Positions 1-13,177 of a stretch of DNA of 64,000 nt are shown here, piece after piece (positions within the stretch are counted from its first letter, which is position 1; every line of letters begins with the position of its first letter). Source of the stretch: Zygnema circumcarinatum SAG 698-1b (taxonomy: Eukaryota; Plantae; Zygnematophyceae); contig CM074806.1 in NCBI GenBank assembly GCA_037447605.1, forward strand, positions 3,844,001 through 3,908,000. The letters are read 5' to 3'. The translations under genes and the position numbers were made by a program. The notes under the pieces are model-generated. The model was not told the origin of the DNA. It made no database searches and saw nothing but the letters and a program-made list of their open reading frames with translations.

Positions 1-3000
1 ACTGGCCTGTTGGGGGTGCAGAGGGTTATTGAAAAGGAGCGAAAAGGTGACTATCTTGGGAAGACAGTACAGGTGAAAGTTTTATCTGTCGCTGAGGTTG
101 GATGAAATGTTGAACTTAGCCAAACACGAGGCAGCCTTTCCACTTTGTTTTTAAAAAAAATGTCAGTGGCGTATGTGACAGGTGGTTCCACACATAACTG
201 ACGCCATACAGGACTGGATTGAGCGTGTGGCTCGAGTATCGGTAGATGGTTCAGGGGAGTCGGCGGACGTGTGTATTATTGAGCTTGGTGGCACTATTGG
301 TATGTTGTCGGTCACAGAGAGGGGAAACATTGCTGTGCTGCTAGGGAGATTATGTCAACACGGTCTAGAATGAGGTTCATTGCACTTTAATGAGAAAGTT
401 ACTACTTTCGTGAACTCAATTAATTGGAAGTTGTGCAATCATGCCAGGTGAATTGCAATAGCAGTGATCGAGACAGGCCTTTAAAGTTATATGGATTCTC
501 CTGTATCAAAGGCATTTTGCACGACAACGATGCATGCTGAAATTTCACAATTTTGTTTACTGGACTGTTGGTTGGCATCAGGTGACATTGAATCTATGCC
601 ATTTGTGGAGGCACTCCGTCAGTTTCAGTTTCGAGTAGGTGAGTAGCCATCCAAAACGGATCCTTTAGCCTCTTGCTTATGTGATCAGCAAGTTGACTAA
701 AGTGGAACAGTTCCTTGGTTATCGCAGGCTCGGACAGCTTTTGTCTGGTGCATGTCAGCCTTGTACCAGTGCTTGGAGTGGTGGGCGAGCAGGTGCTGAC
801 TCTGAATCCCAAACTTACAGTTTTTTAGGCTGATTGTAGACATTCGTGGCACCTCAGAGCTGCAGTGTTTTTTATATTTTCCATAGAGACGGATCCCTTG
901 CCCAGAATTTTGTTCTGTCAAATTCAGGTTACTTTGTGCCTATGGATTTTTTTTTGGATGTGAAATCTGCCTCGTGCCTTGCCTTCGATTACGAATTTCA
1001 GTGGAAGGAGAATGTGGAAAATGCATGCATGGTGGCCCGATCGCTAACAGATTTGGACACTGAGGGAATGCAGAAGACAAAGCCCAGTCAACACAGTGTG
1101 AGAGAGCTGCGAGCGCTTGGGCTTACCCCTCACATCCTCGCTTGCCGCAGTGCGCAGGTGGGCACTGGAGAGTTTTCTAGCATGGGAGGAGCTTGCTGAA
1201 TGCAGGTCTGCAGGTGCATCATGCAATGCATTCGCTCTGTAGCACAGTGTGCTCGATTTTGTAGAACTCTGTGCACCTTGAACTTTAAACATTTACTGAA
1301 AGGGAGGGCAGGCACTACATTGTCGATATTAATTCAAGGTTGTCAGATTAGACTGTTTCCTCGTTTGTTAAAATGGATTCAATGCCTTGTATAGCTAATT
1401 TATGGCATCCATTACGAATGCGATGGCGAAAACACCGTGTCTCATTGAATGTGACTTTGTACAAGTACTTAGTTTGATTAGCTCCGTCTGACATTTTACA
1501 TCGAGGCCTTCCTTTTGGGGTTGATGGAGGTGCAGCCACTGCAGCAGGCAACTAAGGAAAAGTTAGCGCAGTTCTGCCATGTTCCGGTGGGTAGGATGGA
1601 GGATCCTATTGAGGCCTATTCCTTCGGCTGTGTAATTTTGCAAACTGAAGCATTTGAAGCCGGTCAGAAGGCATCTGAGAATTGCAACTGGGATGATGGA
1701 TTTTAGTTCACATTTTGCGGGTTTGCAGGCACACCATGTCCTCAACCTTCATGATGTCAGCAACATCTGGCATGTTCCATTGCTGCTCGAGGTATATGGC
1801 GTTCCACGCTCTAACATTAACGCTTAAGGACACGACTTTGAAGCTGCACATTGAGAAGGCTCGCACAGGAATTCGTTTTGTAAAGGAAAAAAGGGGTCAA
1901 CGGAGTGCAGGCACAGGGAGGCCATACAGCTATTTTGAAGCAGCTTAATTTGAGGTGAGATACAACTTCCGCATTGTTGATAGTTAGCAGCCTGACCCTA
2001 CTTGTGAGACTGAGAGTAAAACGAGTATGCCCATCAGGAATGAATGAGCTGAATAGGAATCGGGGGAAACGTGCAGCACTTCAGCAGTGCCTGCTATGGA
2101 TGAGTGGCGTGCTCGCGCTGAGAGATGGGACCGATTAACCATTTCGGTAAGTCACTTGAATCTCAGTTAAACAGGCAGCTAATGCTGCTGAAAGATGCAC
2201 ACCTTCATACTTAAGTGCAAAGCGGGTTTCTTAAAGTTGAGTGGGATTGGGGTTCGCATCGCCTCAGAGACGGTTGTTTGATGTGCGTTTGCAGGTGCAC
2301 ATTGCGATGGTTGGCAAGTATACAGGTCTACAGGACTCTTATCTTTCTGTGCTGAAGGTAAACCACCTCCACTCTTGCATTTCTTTCCTCCTCCGCCAGA
2401 ACTTTTTAGCTAAATGGGTGGGTGGTGGAGTTGGATTGGGATGGAGTACTGGTCCTCTAGTCTGTAATTTGGAGGACGAAGCAAAAAAGGACTATATGTT
2501 AACGGTTTTGGGCCCATTGTGAGACTGCAGGCTCTCCAACATGCATGTGTGGCTTGTTCTCGGAAGCTAGTAGTCGACTGGGTTGCAGCGGAAGACCTGG
2601 AAGATACACCTAAAAAGGTACGGAGCATGCTGAAGCTATTGGGTATCTTTAGAGCCTATGATGTTCCTTAGTGGCTCTATTGCCAGAAGGACTAACTCAC
2701 TCTACGTCGGATGGCAGGATCCCGAAATTTACAAGAAAGCCTGGGAGACATTGAAGGTGAGCTGTCAAGCTTCCCTTTCTGTTGCTAGCTTATTCTCCTA
2801 CGGTCTTGTTTTTTGGAGCATAGCCTGCTAATCAAGTACCAATTTGCTGATGGTGGTGCAGGCAGCTGACGGAATATTGGTGCCTGGAGGTTTTGGGGAT
2901 CGTGGCATTGCGGGGAAAATCTTAGCAGCCAATCATGCACGTGTGAACAATGTGCCATACCTCGGAATTTGCCTCGGAATGCAGGTAGCAGTGATAGACT

Positions 3001-4266
3001 ATGCGCGCACTGTGTTGGGTCTGGCAGATGCCGACAGTGCTGAGTTCAATCAAGCCACGCCCACCCCTGTTGTGGTATTCATGCCAGAGGTAAATTTGTC
3101 TATGCCGGCAGTTCAGTTTCTGCTGCTAAACGACTTTGTATAATAAAAAGTACATGGAAGGAAAGCTTATTTCTGCCAGTCTCGACTGGTGGCTGATGTG
3201 TTGTGGTCCTATTTCCTGCAGGGCTCAAAAACGCACATGGGAGGGACTATGCGGTTGGGAGCACGCACCACTCTGCTCAAGACGGCGGATTGCATCACTG
3301 CAAAACTGTACCTCCTGAAACCATGAACCGCCTGCAATTGAGGCAATCTCACCTCTAGGTACAGGAAATGGGAATTTACTGGTGCAGGTGGGGCTGTATG
3401 CTGCAGATATCAACGAGAGGTTGCAATAAACGAGCGCCACCGACATCGTTTTGAGGTACTATTTTTCTGCAGTTGGCAGTTGGCACTCCAGCTGTGTGAA
3501 TTTTCTTGAAATGAGAAGTTATGTTGAGGTCAATTCTGGTCTGCTGGTGTAGAGTGGTCTTAGTAGCACCTTGTGTAGAAAGGGTGAGGTTAACTTTTCT
3601 CACTCTTTCTCTCCTTCAGGTCAATCCGGAGATGGTGGAGACCCTGGAAGAGGCAGGCTTGAAGTTTGTTGGCAGGGATGAAAGTGGAGACCGTATGGAG
3701 GTAATGAGATAAGTTGTGGAAAGCAAAGAGAGGTCTTTTGCTACAAACGAACGTGCAGTTGTGTTCGTAGATTCGTGGTGCACACCTGAAGGGATGAACC
3801 TTCGCCGGAGTGGCTTTTCCCTTTGAGTTTAATCATGTAGTTGTTGGATGCAGGTGGTGGAGCTGCCCGGGCATCCGTACTTTGTTGGAGTGCAGTTTCA
3901 TCCAGAGTTCAAGTCGAGACCTGGCAAGCCATCGCCTACCTTTTTGGGTGAGTTCAGATTGCACTCCGTACTAAGCAGTTTCGGTATGGCACTGAATTTG
4001 GCAAAATGGAAACTGCGAGCGAAAGGCTGGGCTATGAGAGTGTTCAGAGCTCATTGCTTGTGTGATGTTGTGATATTGCAGGTCTAATATTAGCGGCCTC
4101 GGGTCAGTTAGATGGGTATATGAGCACATATACGACGGAACATGGAGTGGTGTCTCCTGCGAAAAGAGCCAGAAAAGACTTCGTCACAGATACAGGAAAC
4201 GGGCGTGCATTATGGGAGGCCAAGGTGGTGCACAAAAATGAAGACTTGCCAGACGAGATTATTTAG
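1..4266 (+). CDS. CTPS: CTP synthase, multi-exon; the 5' end lies upstream of the window
   Basis: Spliced peptides [74 protein letters not shown] (glutaminase Cys), [11 protein letters not shown] and [21 protein letters not shown]. Last exon [11 protein letters not shown]... ends at TAG 4264-4266. Confidence 0.97.
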
Positions 4267-5388
4267 TATGCAGAGTGTCCATGACAATATTAATGACTTG
4301 TAATTGCAATCTCTGAAACCGCGATCAAGGCCGTGGGATCCTCCCCAATGCTCGCTTATTGCGTTGGCGGTTCAATCAACGGGTTAGAAAGGGTTTTATG
4401 GCTATTCGTAATGACCTCCATGGCTGCCATCCTGCGAAGTGCTCCGTTTCAAGATAGACTCGCGGCCAGCACATGATTGAGGCAGGCAGCCATGGCAGGG
4501 ACTGTACTGTGACTCCACCAGTTCCTTGGATTACCTTCTTTGATAGTAAACTGCCGAGTGATACTGAGGCAGAAGGCCAAAATTGACGGGATGGAGGAGA
4601 GAGCAAAGGTCGTTAGGTCAAACTTTCCCAGACTTCTCGTCAAGTGTAGGTCGGGGAAGGGGGATAAGGTTGCGTTGCTAAGTGCTTTTGAGGCAGATAA
4701 TGTGACTGCAATCAGCCTTACAGAAATCTTCAAGCAGGTGGTTCCTAAAGGTCTCCCATAAGCTACATACGCCTCATTCCAGAATTGCTCTGGGGGTTGG
4801 AAACCCACGGTTTAGGGCAAATGGAGTAGTTCCTTCCAAGTTTGAGCACAAGGGGTCGGGGCATTAGCTTTGCGTTAGTGCTTGTATTTACTCCTTGTTA
4901 TTTCAAATCAATTTTGTCGAGGGCACATTTTCCATGTCTCCATGGTTGATCTAGAACACGCCTGTTGAAAGCAGCTGCATGTATACATGCAGCTCCATGC
5001 ACTCGCACTAATGGCCGTATGACAACCTGGGCGCTTTCCTTTTCTTGGTTATCTCCAAGTACATGGAATGAACCAACTTGTTAAGACATCAAATTTAAAG
5101 CATTCCCAGAGCTAACAAAAAACACGAAGACAAAGAAGAAGAAAAAAAATGAAGCAATCTTCTATCAATGTGAGAATGACCCTCATACAACCCATAAGCA
5201 TCCATCTCCTTCACCAAAAATGAGAAAAGCCCTCCGTTCGACCTCCGTTCAACCTCCGTTCAATCCTTAAAAGGTTCAACGGATTTCGTGAAACAGCGAC
5301 AGCGAACCCGAGCACCTTTTTCCCTCGCCCTCCCTCTCCCTCTCATATCCGCTCCTCGGAGCTCTCCTCCCCTCCCTCCCCCCCCGCC

Positions 5389-8015
5389 ATGGCTGCGCCG
5401 ACGGCGCTGTCTTTGGCGCCACAGGCAGCCATTGGGGCCTCCCCTCGGCTTCTCCGGCCGCAGAGGCGGACACGTGTCCTGCAAGAGCAATGCCGCACGT
5501 GGCGCCCGCCCTGTGCTTCTGCCTATGGAGATGCCGGAACGCAAGGAAACAACGCAGGGTGAGAGCGGGGGCTTGGGCAGGGAGGGCTCTAATTCTAAAA
5601 TCTCTGCAGATATTGGAGAGGGAGCGAAAGGAGTTTTGGGTAGTGATGTATGCGGCCTATGGCTGGAGCTTGATGAGGGCGGGACTGGCCATGGCGGTGC
5701 AGTGTGAGCAACGTAGACGAGAGCAGCGAGAGCGCTCTGGCGAGCAGCAACTTTTGCATTATTGAGGGCCGCGACACGGTGCAGGACTTTGCTCGCCTGC
5801 AGCTGCAGGAGATTCGAGACAACATAAGCAGTCGGCGCAACCGCATCTTTCTGCTCATGGAGGAGGTACTGCCCTCACTGCTCTCACGCCCCGTCTTCTC
5901 TACGGAGAATTTGGGTTTCAGGTTTGGCAGACCTGGTCCTTTTGTCCTACTTTCTGCCGCTGGCTTCCACTATTGTTATCTTGGAGAACTTTTGGTTAGT
6001 CTCCGCGTCCCCACATTTCTTCTTTTGTGGAATTCACATTCTCTTTCTCCGCTCGTTCTCCGGTTAGGCCTCTAGCTCTGTTCGCCTCTCGCTGCCGCCC
6101 TCATCTCTGCCCCACTCTCTCCTTTCCTGTCTCTCTCACTTCCCTCTTTCCGTCCTCTCTCTTTCACACATACTCTTACATAGACACACGGAAGTTGAAT
6201 CTTAAGGCTTTAATGATCACATGAACATATATTGGAAGTAGGCACATTCGTTCCTTGCATGGAATGCGATTGCAGGTGAGACGCCTTCGCATCCAGCAGC
6301 GCATAAAGAATGCGGAGAAAAGCGTGTTGGAAGGCGAAGAAGAGGAAATGCCAGAGTATCCGTCCTCAATTCCTTTTCTTCCTCCTCTGGTGAGTGAGGA
6401 TCCTACACTCTTCATTCGTCACATTCTTTTGAAAGGATTGAAGGGGTTTCTTTTTTTTTTCTTTCCCTGGCACCTGAAGATTTTTAAGAACTGATCAATT
6501 GCGACCTATCTGTTTGCCTTTTATGACTAAATGTGCACAGACAACCGATACCCTGAAACAATACTATGCGGGGTACTTTTCACTTATTGCCGGAATTATT
6601 GCATTTGGTGGCTTTCTTGCACCAACAGTGAGCTCCTTTCTCCCCGCCTTTCCTCCAAAATGTTGCTAAGCTATTGACTAGCTTGAACCTTATGTCTAAG
6701 AGGACCTCTCAGTTAAAGACGTGGAGCGCGTGCCATAATGTGTACTTCATTGAATGTAAAATTTATGGAAAACTAGGAGCTTGGTGCATGGGGTAGTTGG
6801 AGCTTCGGTTAGGGCTTGGCGGAACTTCATATGAGGACTTCATCCGTGGTCTTCATCTTCCGCTACAACTCAGGTGCGAGTCCACCTCTCATTCCTGCCC
6901 CCTTGTTCGGTATAATGAATGTGAAGCCGATTATACTCAGTGATTTTTAGAGCAGGTTGCAGAAGTGTGCTCACCTTATGACGTTTCAGTTCGCAAAAAT
7001 GGGAGCAGCAGATCTTGAATCTTCCACAGTGGTGGATATCTCTGCTGATCAAGGCGTGTTGCGAGAGGGCCAGCCAGGTGGACCCAATCGTGGCTTCCTT
7101 CTCGGGGGGAGCAGTCGGAGTACTCTCTGCTCTAATGGTGGTGGAGATGAACAATGTGAAACAACAAGAGCACAAGCGCTGCAAGTACTGTCATGGAACC
7201 GGTAACTGTCTATTCTTGTAGCTCCACCTCATGCGTCTTTCACCATTGTCACGGAATTTGAGCGAGAATTCGGGATGTCTCTGGTGGGCAGGATATTTGG
7301 CCTGTGCACGCTGCTCTGGCACAGGTGCTGTGATGGCAGCCATTGAAGCTCGCTCTGATTTAATATCTCTGCAAAGCGATGCGGCGCCTCGCCGCGTGCA
7401 GGCCTCCACGCGATGCCCTAATTGTGCCGGCTCTGCAAAAGTGAGGGGTCTGCCCAAGCTTAGACCTACCTTGAGATGGGTCCTTTCACCCCTTCGCTTT
7501 GTTGAGAGGAGGGTGGTTGTTGAAGCGAGAGGTTTCAGACTTGTGCATTTTGGTTGAGGTTGAGTGTGAGGGAACGTGCGGCTCAATGGTCCACATTCTT
7601 AATGAATGTCGATTGGGAGTGGATTTGAGAACCTAGAATGGGGATGGAGAAGGGCAAGGGAGGAGTCCATTAGAGTCCTCTCACAGAGTTGAATTAGCGA
7701 GAATTGTAAATGAGACGAGCCCTGCGGATACTGCTGCGCACCTGATACCTAAGCAAAGCAAACAAGCGCTGGAAGAGTTGCGAACGGAGGAGAGTCAGGG
7801 AAGAAGTGCTAAAATGCATTATTGTTGCAGTTCATTTTCTTCAGAGAAAATGTTAGGGAAGCCCGTGCCAAGGCTACGAGTACCGAGCTGGAACATGATG
7901 AGGTTAGAATTGATGGAGGGTGGGTTTGGGGTAACAGGTGATGTGTCCCACGTGCCTCTGCACCGGCATGGCTCTCGCCACCGAGCATGACCCTCGAATT
8001 GATCCTTTCGACTAA
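5389..8015 (+). CDS. OR: ORANGE (OR) DnaJ-like cysteine-rich plastid chaperone
   Basis: GCCATGG at 5389 followed by a transit-peptide-like exon. Peptides NFCIIEGRDTVQDFARLQLQEIRDNISSRRNRIFLLMEEVRRLRIQQRIKN, VDPIVASFSGGAVGVLSALMVVEMNNVKQQEHKRCKYCHGTG, ACARCSGTG, RCPNCAGSAK. Last exon VMCPTCLCTGMALATEHDPRIDPFD* at 7938-8015. Confidence 0.96.
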
Positions 8016-8919
8016 CATGCCCATGTGCAGCGCTTCGTTAGTGTCTGCTGCACTCTCACAATAGCAGCGGGGACTCCCTTCGGGCGAGAGGAAAGGAAGG
8101 CATTGGAGATGTCAAGCACTGCTCGCCGCCGTTTGTTCTCGAAGCACCACTTCCTTCAGCAGCGCACTTTTGAGGTGTAAAGTTTCGTGATGCGTGTCTA
8201 CTTCCACTGCACGCTCTGCGCGAGATGGACGGACAGTGTCTCTAGGGCAGGGCATGAAATTGTTTTTTTTGGTTTTGTCTGGCGGCACTACTTAGGGCGC
8301 AGTGTGAGCCGCACATGGGGTTGTGCCATAGGGGGCGGAGTGTCTCGTGTGTAAGTGCATTGGTTTCTGCTGTGTTGCGCAGAGCTTTACAGCAAACAGC
8401 TTTTACATTATTGTCCCTATCTGTGTAATTTGTAGAACTATATACAATTCATTATGGACATGCAACTTTATAACTGAGACCTTCATGTCATGCTTTTTGA
8501 GGCCATTTACCAGCTCTTGGCATCTGTCACGCCTCGATAGACATCAACAATTTGAATTTTCATCAGCTCTCGACTATACATTCGGAGCACAGCTCTTTGC
8601 ATTTACGAACAGAGTACTATACAATATAGTCATCCCTTAAATCTCCTTGCCTTTCCCTACATCTGAAAATCTTTCAGGAGGGATTTTTGTACTGGCAAGA
8701 GAACACCCAAATCTGAAGCCATAATATGACCACTTTCATGCCACACATCTCTACTTTACAAAACGTCCACGGCAGGAGTCAACCCGAGTCACGGGAACCC
8801 TAATCTCTTCCTTTGCAGAAAGACGACGAGACTGAATATGACAGAGAATATCTTTTCTCAACTTGAAGGATAGCAGCCGTGTGAACATGCTGCGAATGCT
8901 CTGAACGATCAGTTTGCGC

Positions 8920-10433
8920 CTAAACGTGGCCTCGGCCTCCACACGTGGGGCACATCAAGCTTCCAGAGCCTCCGCATCCTGCAAGCCACCACATAAACAG
9001 AGTTAACATGAATTAGTGGCAGAATTCAAGCTTAAATGTCTGGAATTTTTACAAAGTAAATCACATAACACAGCAAACGACAACAGTATTGATGAAATGA
9101 ATGCAAAATAGAAACCTTCATACTGAGACTGACGAAGGTGGAGCTAAACACTCACCCATGCAGCGAACCTTCACAATTATTCCTTGGCTCTCCAGAATGG
9201 GCTCCACATAAAGACCAGAAGCACTACAAGTCGCACATTCTACTACTCCCACACATTTGCATTTGGAACACGGAGGATTATTCCCAATCGCCCGGACTGC
9301 CATAGTAGAAACTGCCCGGGGTTTCTCTATGACTTCAGAGGGCACTGTGGTGTCACAATAATAAAGTCTCTCCAATTTACTTCGATACCGCACAGATTCT
9401 GAAGGAGTGGGATTTCCCCCAGGCCGATTTGCCTGCAATCAGTCCAAACATGTTAAACAGTAAACTTAAAGTCTGACGTAGAACCGACCCAATCACTGAG
9501 TAGATTCTCCTATTAGTGTGAAGGGCAAAGACAGAACAGAGACCGCAGTCAACTCAGTACGGCAAAAAGGTGCTCTACCAAGAATGCAAAAGGATGCCTA
9601 AAAGCAGTTTCCACCTGCTTTGCAATGTGTCCATTAGACGAACATATAATTGTGCCTATTCCTCTAAGTTGCACGATAGCATAAATAAAGTCGCACAAAT
9701 CCAAGAATTTGCCAACACGTCTACGTTCCCTAGTCATGCCAGTCGTCCATGGGTCTGAAACGAAGTACAGCTTATAGTGAAAATTCCACTGTATAGCAAT
9801 CACGTCGCAGAATATTTCACATCAAATTTATCAGAAAGTGGGAAAAACCAACTGCACTTCGCCTTGAGCATCCATAGAGCAATAGTACTCCTTCCCTTGT
9901 CCTTAGGCAATACCTCTCCCTATCCTATGCATACAGCCTCAAGTACTTGACGCCTTTGCACAAACGTTCAGCCTGCATTCATTTGGTACCGTCGCTCAAA
10001 GCATAATTAGGGTTACAAACAAATCAAACTCGGAATCCTGGTCCTGCCTTTGGCCATCCAGCCCCACACCGCTCATTCTCTTCTCCCCTCCCACTTCTCT
10101 CCTCATTATCTCTCCCAAACACTGCTAAGCACTTACTTCCACTCCCAATCCCCCCTCCCACAAACTTCACTTACCAGTTCCCAGCATCCCCATTAACACA
10201 CCCTGTAGCGAAATTCTGCACTAGCCACTAGAACGTCAATACACCCCTTTAAATCTTACATTAATCCCAAAAATGTGAAGTAAAGATGCGAATACCTCGG
10301 TGTCGGACACGCTTTCGCTGCTGCACCGCCATGGCCGCGAGGAACAAGGAGAGGCCCTTGCTAAGGCTCTCGCTCCCGCCCGCTGGTCGAACAGCACCTT
10401 GCTGAAAGGGAGATTTGGTGCCGCCATGGCCAT
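8920..10433 (-). CDS. Small plastid DnaJ-type zinc-finger protein (Tsip1/At5g17840-like), 3 exons, about 157 aa
   Basis: Exons 10433-10296, 9432-9156 and 8978-8920 total 474 nt in frame. Peptide PPCSKCKCVGVVECATCSASGLYVEPILESQGIIVKVRCMGCGGSGSLMCPTCGGRGHV* has four CxxC motifs. Subfamily assignment is from memory. Confidence 0.85.
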
Positions 10434-10780
10434 GGCCGCCTGCAGGACGGAAGGGAGTCGGAGGGAGAACGACAGATACTGAGGAGCTTCTTTTTATGGG
10501 CGTGTATAGCGGCTGCCACGTGGCAGCACGACGGCCGTCTTCGCTGTGCTACGTGGCGGGGGCCAATTGGCGCAGCGCGCGTGGATCACGGAAGGAAAGT
10601 GTAGATCCATCAAAGGAGTTTTACATCATGTAGATTCTGTGGATCCACAGAGGACTCAGGGACCTTCGAGGTTGATCCGTTTTCTTATTTTTTATCAGTC
10701 GCTGACTCGCTGCCCCCCAAAAAACAGCTTAGAGAGTGACTCAAAATCAACACCACATGAAGCATGCATGTTTAGGATTT

Positions 10781-10812
10781 TTAGGGTCTTTAGGGTTTTT
10801 TAGGGTTTGAGC
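10781..10812. promoter_or_regulatory. Telo-box-like cluster (TAGGGTTT) upstream of the Tsip1-like gene
   Basis: tttaggatttttagggtctttagggttttttagggtttg, which contains AAACCCTA twice on the minus strand, about 350 bp upstream of ATG 10433. Confidence 0.5.
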
Positions 10813-10934
10813 CCTAGTGAGGCATGTCTGAGGGCAGAACCCAACCAGAACTGAGATCGATAAAAGGACATGAAAGTTACATTTTTCACATACTATGCCT
10901 TGCTTTATCTAAACTGCACATCACGGTAGGATCT

Positions 10935-13177
10935 TCACAACACAAGTCTCTCCTTTTGCCGCATTTCTTCACATATTTTCAGCACGTCTTGAGCCAACCG
11001 TTTCGTGTATGGCCTATCCCCCTTGAAGGAGAGCAGCATTCTCGGCTCCACGTGGCACTCTTCAGCTCCATCTTCCGGCGCTCCCCCGCTCTCATCTGCA
11101 TCAGTTCCTGCAGAATCTGTAGCTTGAAGGTCCCGATACACCTCGATATCGGAATCGGAATCACTGAAATCTTGTACGATTGAACTTTTAGGGTTGACTG
11201 CCTGCAGCTCGTCCTGCTGCTGCATGCTGACTGCTCGGCCTGAAATCTCAGCAGTCAAAGCTTCCAAGAGCGGCCCTTCAATCCTGAGAGTGGATAAGTC
11301 GACAATGACAATGTCATCCAAGCCCGAGTTCCCCTGCACCTCGACATGCGTAGAAACTTAAAACGAGGGACTCAAATCACTTCAAATATTCAATTCACAA
11401 ACCAGTAAGCTGAAGACATTGCTCATGGATGTTCATCGGTGAAGAAAAAGGTCTGTCAACCTCGATGCAGATGTATGCTGTGAATGTAATTAAATCTACC
11501 GCTTGGACAACAGAGGAGGCACAAAGCGGGAGTGCAGGTCCGTACTTGCTCGATTCGAATATTAGGATGGCCGACAGCATCGCAAAAGTTGCGGTACGAG
11601 TTGACGAGAGGGTAGATCCTCGTGCGGGCCTTCAGGACCACGTATCCTCTTTTTCTTGCCAAGTCAAAGGCCTGCCCTCCACACCCTCCACAATGTTGGA
11701 TTCAACCTTTAGGTTGATGCACAGCTTGGAGCAATATGTAGAATCAGCTTGCAGAACACGTTGTTGCATGGAGAGCCCAGCTTAGCTAGGTCTTGACTCA
11801 CCTTCAGGCCTATCCATCTGCGTTGCAACATAACCAGCCAGATCACAGTAACTAATAAAAGTAAAGCTTATAGGTAAAAATACAGGAAAAGTCACCTTTT
11901 ACTTTCATGTCTACAGGAAACTTGATTAGACAGGCGACCTGACTGTCCCCACCTTGCGTTCATCCGCAGTGAGACGATGCGGAACCCTTCGGCTCCCAAT
12001 TTTGGATTTGGAGGGCAGCCCTCGTGAGAGTCTCTCCACGTCATCTAGTGAAGGCCTGCCAGGCCGTGATTACAATCATCAAAATCTGCTACAGCAGCAC
12101 CTAAAATCCAAGAAAAAAAAAAAATTGACAATCTCTTCAAATTCAGTGTTACTGGAATGTAATCATAATCAAGTTCATGATTTGCATCCTGAAAGGATTC
12201 CGAGCTACACCTCATTGATGGCAAATGGTCAGATTGAATTTCATCGAGAAGGATGCGGAAGCTAGTTGCTTTCCAGAACTTCCAAGCCTTAATGAGGTTA
12301 AGCTAGTAGGTCCATTTGTACCTTTCTAAAACCTTCACAAGTATTAGGTCAACGGACAGTCACTGTCACTATGAGCCATCACTACCACTCCCCGATATTC
12401 CCCATATTTCATACATCCAAATAAACTTCAATGAACATTAACAAAAAACTTTAACGCAATGACATATAACTCTAAATCATTGTAAATTGGATATGTGCCC
12501 GCCGAAAATAGAATATCTACCATTAAGTTTATTCATCACCTCTCCCCCCGCTTCTAATTTCTGCAACTAACAATGCTCTTTTCACTAGAATAAAGGCAAA
12601 ACATACAGTTATAGTGCAAGCATACTTTCAGCAGACCACAAGAAAATAACCTTGTGCGTAGGACGCAATGCGCAGCTCTCACCTGGCCGTGTAGTCCGGG
12701 CCAAGGGGCTTCGAACTTTTACATTTCACCAAACACCGTCCCTCGTGCAGGCGCCCCAAATTTCGTCCACGACTTCTTCCAAAAGCGCTCTCCCTCAACC
12801 AATGCTTTCTGAACTCAAGCACTACACAATTTTCCGAAGCAGGGCCTACAGGTGCTGCCAAGGAAGTAAAAGCACGTGAAATTGTGGTAGTAGAGCGAAA
12901 GGCCGATGAATTCAGAAGTTCTTTTGCATACAAAGAGCATACATTTGAAAACTGTACAGCCCTCAAGTTCCAAGACGCATGCCGATTGAATAATTGGAAG
13001 CTATCTCCTGCCATAAGCGCCGCTCCGACGCGCATATCTGCCCTTTAACGTTAACCTAAATATTAACTCTTTACCCTTATTTCTTCTTGGTAGGAAAACA
13101 CGGCCTTGACGTCTGTACGAGGTCTCGACTGCGACGCGGCAATGCAGAGGCCGAGGGGCGAGCCAAGCGGACGCCAT
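10935..13177 (-). CDS. Uncharacterised protein with a plastid-transit-like N-terminus
   Basis: GCCATGG at 13177. Canonical splicing joins RPSLDDVERLSRGLPSKSKIGSRRVPHRLTADERK / AFDLARKRGYVVLKARTRIYPLVNSYRNFCDAVGHPNIRIEQ / GNSGLDDIVIVDLSTLR... to a stop at 10935. The N-terminal exon structure is uncertain. Confidence 0.75.

Noticed and set aside
4540-4761. 73-aa ORF downstream of CTP synthase
   Set aside because: It has no good start context or recognisable domain and is probably 3' UTR.
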